Source of the DNA: the human T2T-CHM13v2.0 reference genome, Homo sapiens
Length of the DNA stretch: 64,000 nt
Assembly: GCF_009914755.1 (NCBI RefSeq)
Contig: NC_060930.1
Strand: one strand, 5' to 3'
How positions within the stretch are numbered: position 1 is the stretch's first letter; each line of letters opens with the position of its first letter. The position numbers were made by a program, and so were the translations under genes. The notes beneath the pieces are model-generated. The model searched no databases. It was given only the letters and a program-made list of their open reading frames with translations, and was not told where the DNA came from. This document shows, piece after piece, positions 52,567 to 64,000 of this stretch.

Positions 52567-54505
52567 CAGTATTTCAAAATGTTACTTTATATAAACCTTC
52601 ACAATTAAATAAAACATATACCTGCAAATGTTATTTTTCCTTTTCCAAAATCCTGGAAAGTCCTTCCAGAGTGCACATACCATTTAATCAATTAGACAAA
52701 TCTTTTTATCACATCTCCTTAACTTGTTCAATGAAAAATACACTGAAATATTTTCTTCTTGACTCCTTGTATTGAGAAACGAAAGAACTTGACAGAGAGA
52801 GGGAGTTTTAAAAGTCCTTTTTGAATGAGAATGGGAGAAATATATGGTGTGTGGAGAGGTGGGGAGCATCCCACATAATGAATCATATGCAGAATGTACA
52901 ACAGAGAATTCAATACTGTGCTTCTAAAACCTCAATAGTGCTTACAGTAAGTGATATTTTTGTGGCCTTTTCTTTGCCCAGATATTTGTCATTCTGTAGT
53001 TGATTTAGAAAGAGATTCATGGAAAGTCATAATTATTTAAAGAAGGGAACAGGCAAAGTGTTCTTTTGCCATGTCTATAAATCTTTCCTTGTGCTCTGCT
53101 GAGAACTCTGCTCTGACTGTCTGCTTTAACCATGTAATAGGAGTATATCATAATGTCAGGAGTTGTCAGACCCTCAGAACTCTCCATAATGTGAGATCAC
53201 AAGCAGAGACAATTTCATTGTAACATTTCTGACTACAAAGTATAAATACCATTCAGTTGGCACATTGTCATCACATCAGAATTTTTTTTTCATCCTTATA
53301 CTTTAGATTTGCTGAGGTATTTAAATCTATAAAGTTAGACAAAGCAGAATAAGAAAATTAAAATTTATAATAGAATAACATTGTCAGAAGAAAACTATCT
53401 TTTTGAAAGAAAACATAAAAAGGAATTTTAAAATAAAGATTACAAAGATTTTTAAAAGGCACTGCATATATTTTCAGTTATGTTTTCATCAATTCTCTCC
53501 AGAGTACAAAAACATTTCTCAGAACAATTTAAAATTGTAGATATAAAACAATAAATCACTCAACACAAGATTTAAAAATCTCATTGAAAGCCCTGACAGA
53601 ATATTTCTTTCTCATGATGAAGTTACCAACTGGGAGTATTTTACTAATTCTTCAGTTTGTTCATCTGCCTCACTGCAGACCATTATGGCTCCCATAACAG
53701 CTATTGTTTTTAAAATAGAAAGAAATTAACACTTGCATAAACTCAGATGTAAAAACTACAGATATTTTATCTTTTAGTGTGATGATACTTCTAGCAGATG
53801 TGCTTTTCTTTTATTTTGTAATAAAATATAGAATCAACCATTACAAAATGAAGACCTACATGCATTATTTTCTTCCTAGAAATACCTTACTAAAATTCAC
53901 CTTTGTACTTACAGGTTAACCTCAGTCCAAAGCCTTAAATGCTTGGTTAGTGATTCACAAACAACGTCCAGGTTTTTCCCTCAGAATCAATATTTTCTGA
54001 TTGTCACTGAGGAGGGAGCTTCTAAGGAGATATGTACATGAATATATATATGTTGTACTCAAAGAGGAGATACTATTCCTGTTCTGTTTTATTGTAAACC
54101 CTCTCCTCTATCTGGAAACCCAGCCTGCTTTGTTAAGGTTTGTAGTTGAGCCCCTCTCCCGCACTGCTGTGTTGGGTCTCAGCTTCCTGTCTGAGGCACA
54201 TGGCTGCTGTCTTCAGATTCAGCCCCAGTGTTAATCAATAAGGGCACAGACAACTCACTTGGTCCAAATGCCAAAGCAAATCTCATTTTAAATTGTTGAA
54301 AAAAATGTGTTTTTAATAGACATGGGACAAAGAATTAGGTTGATAAATAAAAACATCGTTTGGTAAGGTGAAAATCAGACCTTAGTGTATGTTTTCATTA
54401 TTTGAGGTTTTTTTTTTTTTTTTTAACATAGTTTACTTAAATCATTGACCACTCTAAGCTATCTTTCTCTGGTAAGTTCCCTGACTTTTGCAATAATAAT
54501 GTTAG

Positions 54506-54835
<330 letters not shown>

Positions 54836-54989
54836 CTGTTAGTGTATTCTCTGTTTATTTGTTACTTTTCATTTTACTGATAGCACATTTTTACATTAGG
54901 GTAAAGTCTGGTCAGAGTGAGGAAGGTATGGCAGATGTATCCTTCTCCGTTACATTTTAGCTTTAACAAGGCTCATCCTAAGATCTCTT

Positions 54990-56090
54990 TTCTCAGTTTA
55001 TCCTCTCTTCCCAGGCAATCTCACCCAGGCCTGTGGCTCTGACCATGTTCATGCTTTGTCAGTTTTTATCTCCAGCCCAGCACTGTCCTCTAAGCTCCAG
55101 ACTGGTATGTTCAATTGCCTATTTGGTATCTCCACATGGACATCTTAAAGACATTTTAAATTCTACTTATCCCAAACTGAACTTAATATCATTACCACCT
55201 TCCCACTGCAAACAAAACAAAATAAGATCTTTTCCTAGCATTGCTATTTCAAAGATATACAAGCCAAAACCCTGAGTCATCCTTAAAGGCTTTCTCTTTT
55301 CATATACGATATCCAATTAAACCATCTCCAGGCCCGCTGATTTTACTTCTTAAACATTTCACAAACCGACTTGTTTCTATTTTCATTGCTATGACCCTAG
55401 CTCAAGCTGCTGTCATCTTCACCTGGAAAATAATGAAAGCCACCAAAAACCTTCCACTTTATTTCTTTCAAATCTGGGCTGTACTGCATCACTATGCCAT
55501 TGCTGGAATAATCTTTTTTTATTTTCTTTTAAATAAAACTTAACGTCCCATGTCAGTCTCTTGTTTAAACAATTAAATTGTTTCTCACTCATCTTAGAAT
55601 AAACACCAAAATACTTAACATGGCCTTTACTGTGCCTGGTCTTCCTTCCACCTCTTCTCCAGTGTCACCTGTCACTGCATGTTCCTTCCTTTTGACTTTT
55701 CAGCCATTGGCCTTCTTCCATTCCCTTGAATACGGGACTTTGCTCTTGCTCTTCCCACTTCCTGGAAAATCCTATCCCTTCTTCATTAACACCTCCTCCC
55801 CACCACCAAACACATATCATCCTGTTAACTCCTACTCGTTGTTCAGATCTCAGCAAAATCATCACTTCCTTAAGAGTGCTGTTTTGCACCATCCTGGTCA
55901 AGTCAAATCCCCCTCTTATGCTATCAGAATACCATGCACTTCTCTTTCCTAGTGCCAGTCACAGTTTTACATTTGCTCGGGTGACTATTTTATGGACATC
56001 TTCCATATTGAATAATAGGATCATATAGGAAGGTCCTATGTCTGTTTTTGCTAGTTACTGCATCCCCAATACTAAGCATAGAGATTTCAC
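54990..56090 (+). mobile_element. L2 LINE 3' region (~1.1 kb)
   Basis: 'tttatctccagccca...ctccagact...aattgcctatt...tctccacatgga', 'cttagaataaacaccaaaatacttaacatggcct'. Confidence 0.8.
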
Positions 56091-57332
56091 TTATGCTGGT
56101 ATCAGGGGCAATTCATATTTCTGCTTCCTTATGCTAAAGACCAGTGTCATATGTCTTAACTGTGATGCTAGTATTCTGCTTCTGTTACTTAAACATTTTT
56201 CATCCATCTCTGTCTCTTATTTTTTTTGTATCTGTGTATTATCTGGCTGAAAAAAAAAAGGGTACTTTCCTTTTGTAGGCAGAAAATGCATTATTTTTAT
56301 CATTTGGACTACTTTTTGTACCCAGATCAATTTTTCAGAACAACGCTAATGAATAGATTACACTAGTCTTTGTTCCCTTCCTGGTTCTCAAGGCTACACC
56401 TTGTCATTAGCCTTCTGTTTCTTAAGACAGATCTCCATGTTCTCTATGGGTCTCAACTCCATGTTAGAACTTGCTGAGTAATTTGGCTATTTGTCAACCC
56501 AACCAATTTAGTTTTACTATTTTTTCCAGCCAAATTATAATTATCACACCTTCCTGGTAAACTCTAACTCTCAGGTTTCACTATCTCCCCAGGCCTGCTG
56601 AGCCCCAGGTGTCCACCAATACCCTGTCTTGGTTTTAGCCTTTGGAGGAATTATCTTGCCCCCATGGTTTTGGAAATGAAAAGCAAGAGTTCAAAGCCAG
56701 TGTTATTAAAAGTACTGAACTCTGTAAAATAATATATTTTATTTTCTTTCATCATTTTGCTTTTGCCCTTTCAAAAAGTAGTTGTCTATTTTGCTTTTAA
56801 ACTACAACTACAGAAGAAGGGGCAAAATGACAATCTTTAATATCTGTAAATTGCAGCTTAAAATAAAAATGCTACTATTCCAAGAGATAAGTTATTTTCA
56901 GCACTTTAAAAACCTTTGGCATTTTGTGCCCACTATTTATGGATTGCATAAACATAAAGAGGTTACCCCATTAGCGATGCAATAGGGCAGATGCTTTGTG
57001 CAAGTCTTTTTTCATAGTTACTTAAAAGCATTTTTCAGGGTATGCATCTTTCTCATTAGTGCAAAGAAAGACAATCTCTGCAAAGAACAGAAGTGAAAAT
57101 CTGGCTGTTGTTTTAAACATTAAAAGGTATCCTGAGAAAATAGTTTATAATTTGTTTCTAGTGCTTCCAACAAACAGATGGAAGAACCTACTATGAGCAG
57201 AGCATGATGAGAATGCTGTAGAGGCTTAAAGATTTACAAGTCACAGTTCCTGCATTCAACAGCATATTGCAAGCAGAGTATGAAAATACACTGAGTGCTC
57301 AGTAGAGACTAATTCAAAGTTAATTACACACA

Positions 57333-57900
57333 TGTCTTAGATTGTTTGGGTTGTTATAACAAAATGCCATAGACTGGGTAAAACAGGAAAGCAGACATTT
57401 ATTTATCACATTCTGGAGACTGGGAGTCTGAGATTAGGGTGTCAGCATGGTTGAGCTTCCTCACAGATGGCATCTTCTAGTAGTGTCCTTACATGGTGGA
57501 AGGACAAGCTCACTCTCTGAAGCATTTTTTTTTTTTTTTGAGACGGAGTCTCACTCTGCTGACCAGGCTGGAGCACAGTGGTGCAATCTTGGCTCACTGC
57601 AACCTCCTCCGCCTCCCCGGTTCAAGCGATTCTCCTGCCTCTGTCTCCTGAGTAGCTGGGATTCCAGGCGCTGGCCACCTGTATTAATTTATACTTAGCT
57701 AATTTTTGTACTTTTAGTGGAGATGGGGTTTCACCATGTTGGCCATGAAGGCCTCTTTTATAAGGGCACTAATTCCATTCATGAGGGCTTTGCCCTCGGT
57801 ACATAATTAACTTCCCAAAGTTCCACCTCCTAATGACATCAACTTGAGAGGGTGTCAACATATGAATTTGGGGGGTGACACAAATGTTCTAACCATAGCA
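57333..57900 (-). mobile_element. MLT1A/MST-type MaLR solo LTR interrupted by an Alu
   Basis: 'tgtcttag...gttataacaaaatgccatagactggg', 'tataagggcactaattccattcatgaggg', ends 'aaccatagca'. Confidence 0.85.
57525..57745 (-). mobile_element. 5'-truncated AluS SINE
   Basis: Right arm plus partial left arm ending at 'catgttggcca'; flanked by tgaag. Confidence 0.9.
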
Positions 57901-58610
57901 ATACACAAATAATTCTGAGCTAAAAAAGACTTTAAAAAATCTACTCTAAATTCTTTATTTTAAAAAGGAAGAAAAGTAGACACAAAGAAGTCATGAGACT
58001 TGTTTATTATTATCCAGAACTGGATTTGGAACCCTTTAGTTCCTGTCTCATTTGGTGCATTTTATGTGCTATAGAGGAAATTTTGTGTTCTCTCATTTAT
58101 TACTACTGCGAGGGATCTTTTAAGACTCCTCTTTTTAACAACAGATTATGGCCTTGAATTAAAAATTGACATTGGTGATGCAAATTTAAAAAGGAGACTC
58201 AATATGTGATAGCTTATGATATGTGTGGGTAGTTCACTGGTTTTCTTTTCCATGTGAGAGAGGAAATAAAAGAATACTTAAATCACATTATTAATTTCTC
58301 TAATATGAAAAAATTTGAAAGAATATCCAAATTAAAACAATTTCGGAAGAAGCACAAACAGGAAGTTTTTGTTTTAATATAGAGCTATCACTTTGCCATC
58401 ATTATTTGAAGTCTGCTCAACATGGACAGTGTCTATTCAGCACCCAAGGCAGTGATGCCCTTAGTAAATTATGTATTTCATGATGCTATCGATAGTTTAC
58501 TATTGATAACCCTAAGGAGTGATTATTAGTCTCTTGAAACACTTGTGTGGTCAAGGTTAAAGGTAAGTGTCGACCAACAATTTCTCTGCTTAGTTTAGGC
58601 ACAAATTAAA

Positions 58611-58923
<313 letters not shown>

Positions 58924-59431
58924 AAATTAAATATTTTATATGGAAAACATTGTAATTTATCTCTGCAGAATATTCAGGTGTGCAGTAAATGTTTTAATCA
59001 AATGTTTTGGCAAAGCATTTGGGGTTAGCCAATAAGAATTTATCACTCTCATTCATATGCAAATAGAAATGTATGTTCTGAGGGTATGAAAGCTGTAAGA
59101 AGCCTCACAGAACACCCAGTCCAGCTCCTATATTTCACAGATGAGGAACCAGAGTGACCTGTTATCTTTTCCCAAGAACCGTCAATAAGCCATGTTTTCG
59201 TAGACATACAATTTTTGCGTTTGTTCCTTTTGCTATTGTAATTATGTTGACTCATTCTTCAGTCGATCAAGATTCTGCCATCTTTGTAACATGCTGTTTT
59301 CAATATGGTGACAAGATGTTTTGTAATAAGGAAGTCATTTCATTAGACTAAAGAAGACCAATAACTAATATAAGTGATATAGTTTAAATGACAGTTGCTA
59401 TTACTATAGTTACTTGTGGTACCTACTCATT

Positions 59432-59582
59432 GGTGTGTGTGTGTGTGTCCATGTGTGTATGTGTGTCCATGATACTGGCTGTGTATATCTCTGAGTCTGT
59501 GTATGGATGTGGCATTTCTGCATGTGGTAATATTTAGATGTGGATGTGTGTATATGTGTATTTGTGTGTGTGTGTACTTGTG
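59432..59582 (+). repeat. Degenerate (TG)n tract
   Basis: Direct inspection. Confidence 0.85.
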
Positions 59583-61167
59583 TAGTTGTACCTATGGTAG
59601 AATGGAGGATTCTTATTTCATAACTCCCTGTGATATGTATTATGCTCCTTAGCAAAGAGCTGCAGCCTCACCAACTGTTCTTCCCAGAGTCTGAGCTAAT
59701 AGAAAGTCTGCCACATTTATGACTACATACTGTTCAAACTGAAAAATTTCCCCCTTTACCTAGGGTATTTTTAGTATCAAAGACTCTTTAGTCACTTGTA
59801 GACTTAACACTCTTTAAAAATAAAACCTTTATTTCTTTTCTGAGTGCTGCAATGTGGGCTCTTTTGGTGTTAAATGAAAAACTGACTTTGGAAGAAAGAT
59901 GTACCGAAAAAAGAAATGTTATGATACTAGCACAATGACTTACTAAAGCTGTTTTGAATTGCATTAGATACTATTTTATTCCATTCCAAGTGTGAATCCA
60001 ATATAAAAGCTCATGTTTACTCATTTAAAGATAAAAAAAATCACAGAAGCCAAGCGTTGGAAGAGCCTGCAAAGCCCCCGCTCCTTTATTGCCCTCGACC
60101 TCAGTTTCTCTCTTTTCTAAAATGAGAGCTTGAAGTTGTTTTTTTAGATATCATTCATCTTGTTTGCTATTCCCAAAAAATAGAAATTTAGGGATTATGT
60201 TTGCTTTTTTGCTTTTTTCATTTTGAGCAGCCTGGGAAGCCAGACCTGCATGGCATGGAATGTGTTATTTGTTCTGATCTGAAAATGAAATATCTAGTAT
60301 GGTGTCCAACTCTCTTGGAGCATTATTATAAACTCATTGTTCTGTAATAACTTACAAAGACAGAATACAGAATCCCTGACACTTCAGAAGACACTTAACT
60401 TATCTAGGTCTAAAATATTGCTTATTTAGAGTCATACAAATAGAACATCAAAAAGGTCATGCTTATAGACAGAATAATTGTTCTTTTATAAAAGATGACA
60501 CCTAGAAAATTGAGAAAACTTCCTACAAATCCAGTGTCTGCAAGCATCACTGAATTGTTGACATAATCAAGAATATTCATGTCAAAATACTCCAATAAAA
60601 AATTAAAGTGTAAAATCTTTAACAAAACTGAAATTTTATTAAATGAACACATTATTTAAGTTGGTAATTCATATCAATTATTAGCATGTTTTCAGTTTAT
60701 ACAGATTTTTCAGTTACCCAAAGCTTACTTATGAGGGAAAAAAACACTTTCTTTTTTTAAAACACTTTCTGTCTTTTCAAAAATTTATTTTACATTTGTA
60801 TTATTGATTTATTTTTAATTTGATTTATGTGTATTTATTAGTAATCACTTTGTCAGATTTTATGAGGTAGGCAGATAACGACATCATGGTCCCCACTTGC
60901 CACAAATACATGAAATATATGTTGCATTTATATTCTGTAAGAAATATGATATTTCTGTCTGGAAGAAAAACCTATTGAAGAAATGGGGGAAAACAGTGCT
61001 GGATTGACAAGTAAAATATGATGAAATACATAAAAACAGAAAGCAGGGGGAAAATAAACCAAAGCATTTTCCTTCCAACATCCATCTAATCTGCTTATGT
61101 TTTCTGAGGGAAGTAATTTCTGACTCCAGTGACCACAGTTGTCATAGAAAACTACATACTAGTAACA

Positions 61168-61480
61168 GGCCCCACACAGTGGCTCATACCTATAATCCCA
61201 GCACTTTGGGAGGTTGAGGTGGGCGGTTTCACTTGAGGTCAGGAGTTTGAGACCAGCCTGGCCAAAATGGTGAAATCCTGTCCCTACTAAAAATACAAAA
61301 ATTAGCTAGGTGTGGTGGCGCGCATTTGTAATCCCAGCTACACGGGAGGCTGTGGCAGGGAATCGCTTGAACTGGGGAGGCGAAGGTTGCAGTGAGCTGA
61401 GATCACGCCACCGCACTCCAGCCTGGGCCACAGTGCAGGACTGTCTTAAAAAAAAAAAAAAAAAAAAAAGAAAGAAAGAA
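61168..61480 (+). mobile_element. AluSx-type SINE
   Basis: Full Alu with poly(A); TSD aaaacta(c/t)atactag. Confidence 0.95.
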
Positions 61481-61532
61481 AACTATATACTAGCATACTA
61501 GTAACAAAGGCACAGGGATCTTCTCCTCCAGA

Positions 61533-61712
61533 TCAGGAGCTCGCAAATGTTTTCTTAAAGGTATGTGTGGTAAATATTTTAGGCTTTTTGAGTCAAGAGA
61601 CAAATCAAGGATATTGTATAGGTACTTATATAACCATTTAAAATGTAGCCATTTAAAATGGCAAAAGCATTTTTACCTTGTGGGCCATACAAAAACAGGT
61701 GGCAGGAGAGAT
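61533..61712 (+). mobile_element. MER58-type hAT-Charlie fragment
   Basis: 'gcaaatgttttcttaaagg...gtaaatattttaggcttt...gggccatacaaaaacaggtggcagg'. Confidence 0.75.
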
Positions 61713-63864
61713 TCATCCTTTATTAAGGAATTGGAATTTCAAAATTCTTTATATCAATTATACAATTGAAGTTTTATAAAAATTAAATAGGTTAGCGCAG
61801 TCTTTTAAAAAATTTAAATGTTATTTTTTTCCCCTCAATATCATTGCTTCTTGACAATAAAGTTACCACTTTAAATGAGAAAAGGATATTCAGTCTTAAA
61901 TTCCAAGAAATTTTCCCCACAGGAAACTTACATTGTTTTAATTCAGAGTCAATGAGGTACAAGTCAAAAGATGAACACCGAACTGATAATAGTGGCAATG
62001 TAAACAGCAATAAGAAAGGTTAAGTAGTGGGTGGTCAGAGAATTGGATTCAATGTCAATACTTTGATCCTCTGATAACAAGATAGCTTTATTGTTAAATT
62101 AATAGTTGATATAATTTTAAAAAGTTTCAGAAAAGGGAATAAACATTTAATATTTAATGTGGAAAAAGTACATGAAGACTATCTAAATATTGAGATATGA
62201 GCTATTGGAAGGAGAATGATAAATTTGCACCCAGAAATTCTTGCGCACTATATCAACTGGGGCAAATAAGTACATTCTTTTCAAGACTGGAACATATGGG
62301 AAGCAAAGACAGTCTTAGACCATCTTTTTCTGTGCTTTTATCTTAGAAGGAACATAATTTAGCAATTTTTTTTCCATTGGCATTTATAGAATTATATAGT
62401 TTTTCTTAATTAAGAAAATGAAAAGAATTCAATATTTTTGTGTGAATCCATGTAGGTGGTAAAATATATAAACAAGACAAGAAAAGATGGTACACACAAA
62501 AAAAACACAGCCTTTTCAAGCAAATTGGAAGCTATAAAACATCATATGTCACAATTTTTTTGGTGGAATGTGATGTGCCAAGCTACTTGGATTTTTTAAA
62601 AGTCAGCCATCAACTCATTAACCAGTGTCTGCAAGCAGATGTTGGCTTAAGCTGTGGTGCTCTTTTGTGTGCTTAAGAATGTGTAGATGGATATCAGCTT
62701 TTCAAATAGAAAGTAGCTACAAAACATAAAAAATGATTTCTTTCCTCAAATTTTACTTGTCATATTATGTTACATTAGATGGTGAAACAGAATGTTAACT
62801 GTGTAATGAGACAAGGATACTAAAATGTAAAGGAGAACACACTTTTTCAGCTTAGATACATGCCATCCTTTTAGACATGGGTAGCCATTCTGAAATGATA
62901 GAAGAATTTTTGTTAAATGCAAATCAGCTGCTTGTGAATTTATAATATGAAAGTTTAACAAGTTTGAAAACTTTTCAAAACAACACAAAAGGTGCATGAG
63001 TGATACTTTGCTATTTTAAACAGAGATAAAAGACTGTGTTGGCAATGCGTAGCCACTTAGCACCTGATGTTTTTCTACCAACATTAGTGTTAGTGCCCAT
63101 GGCCCCTTGTTGATGTAAGCACCCCAATTTTGGGATTGCTGATGCTTTCTAATACTGTACCATGTGATTCTTTTGACAATAGTGGATATGTGGGCTTCTA
63201 GACCTCTATTAAAGTAACTGCAGTTTACCTCTCAAAAGAGAATATAACACAGGTATTTTGCAAAGCAGATAGACTGCATATTTGATTTATATTACAGTGA
63301 AAATTAATATTTATATAAAGATAAGAGAAGTTAACAAGAAAAGGCAACTGTTAGTGGAAAAGTAAAAGAATGTTGGAAGTGTACACAGATGGGTGGCTGG
63401 TGAAATCACTTTTGTTTTTAATGGAATCTGTTATTCTCTGTCGTTGAATCATTCTTACGTGTGTACTAATTGATTTTTTAACTCTTTCAATGCATCTCAT
63501 AATTCTCAACATCATTTAATCTGAATAATTCTGGGTTGATTCAGTCCTAAATGATTCCAGAAAGATAATCACTTATTTTATTCTTTTAAAACCTTGTCTA
63601 GAAAGAAATATTACAAACTAATTTGGGTTAAATTCCCATCTTTCTTAAGCACTGGTTGCAGCTGTGCTCCCTGGGAAGCGAACTCTGAGACTGAGATTAC
63701 ATGCAAGATTGCTCTCAGAGAAGAGAAGGGAAGGGAAGATGGAGAAAGGGAAAGGGAGAAGAGGGAGGAGAAAGAAGGGAATGAATTGGATGTGAGAGCA
63801 AAGAGAGGAAAAGGAGGGAGGGGATGAAAGGGAGAAGTGGGGGAGGCAGCAGGATTGGGCAGCA

Positions 63865-64000
63865 CAATAGGCTAAATGTTTTGTGTACCCCCAAAATTCA
63901 TATGCTGAAACCTAATGCTCAATGTGATGGTATTTGGAGCTGGGGCCATGGGAGGTAATTAGGTTAGGAAAGTGGAGCCCTCAGAATGGGATTAGTGCCT
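63865..64000 (+). mobile_element. MLT1A/MST-type LTR 5' part (runs off window)
   Basis: 'gtacccccaaaattcatatgctgaaacctaat...gtgatggtatttggag.tgggg...gccctcagaatgggattagtgcc'. Confidence 0.85.

Overview
Primate (almost certainly human) euchromatic DNA: AT-rich, dense in Alu/MIR/L2/MLT/MER repeats, with no credible intact protein-coding exon. The main functional landmark is a ~2 kb CpG island (~18.7-20.9 kb). It holds a GC-rich, apparently non-coding first exon on the minus strand (donor at 19345/19344) containing a (CCG)9 repeat, and is flanked by a (GA)n tract and a (CG)9(TG)3 Z-DNA-type run. About 4-7 kb upstream is a full-length, TSD-flanked processed pseudogene of DNAJA1 (minus strand, 24354-27910). 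From recall, not a database check, this arrangement fits the 5' end of HS3ST5 with DNAJA1P4 upstream and the antisense lncRNA HDAC2-AS2 on the plus strand (chr6q21-22). A strong plus-strand exon with an alternative poly(A) signal at 17662-17860 fits that. The most unusual structure is inside the pseudogene. A 219-bp inverted copy of its own stop-codon region (~94.5% identical) sits almost exactly in register with an inverted AluSp/AluY pair, giving a 1.66-kb compound hairpin with a snap-back junction. This suggests Alu-hairpin-guided templated insertion, and possibly a source of long dsRNA homologous to DNAJA1.
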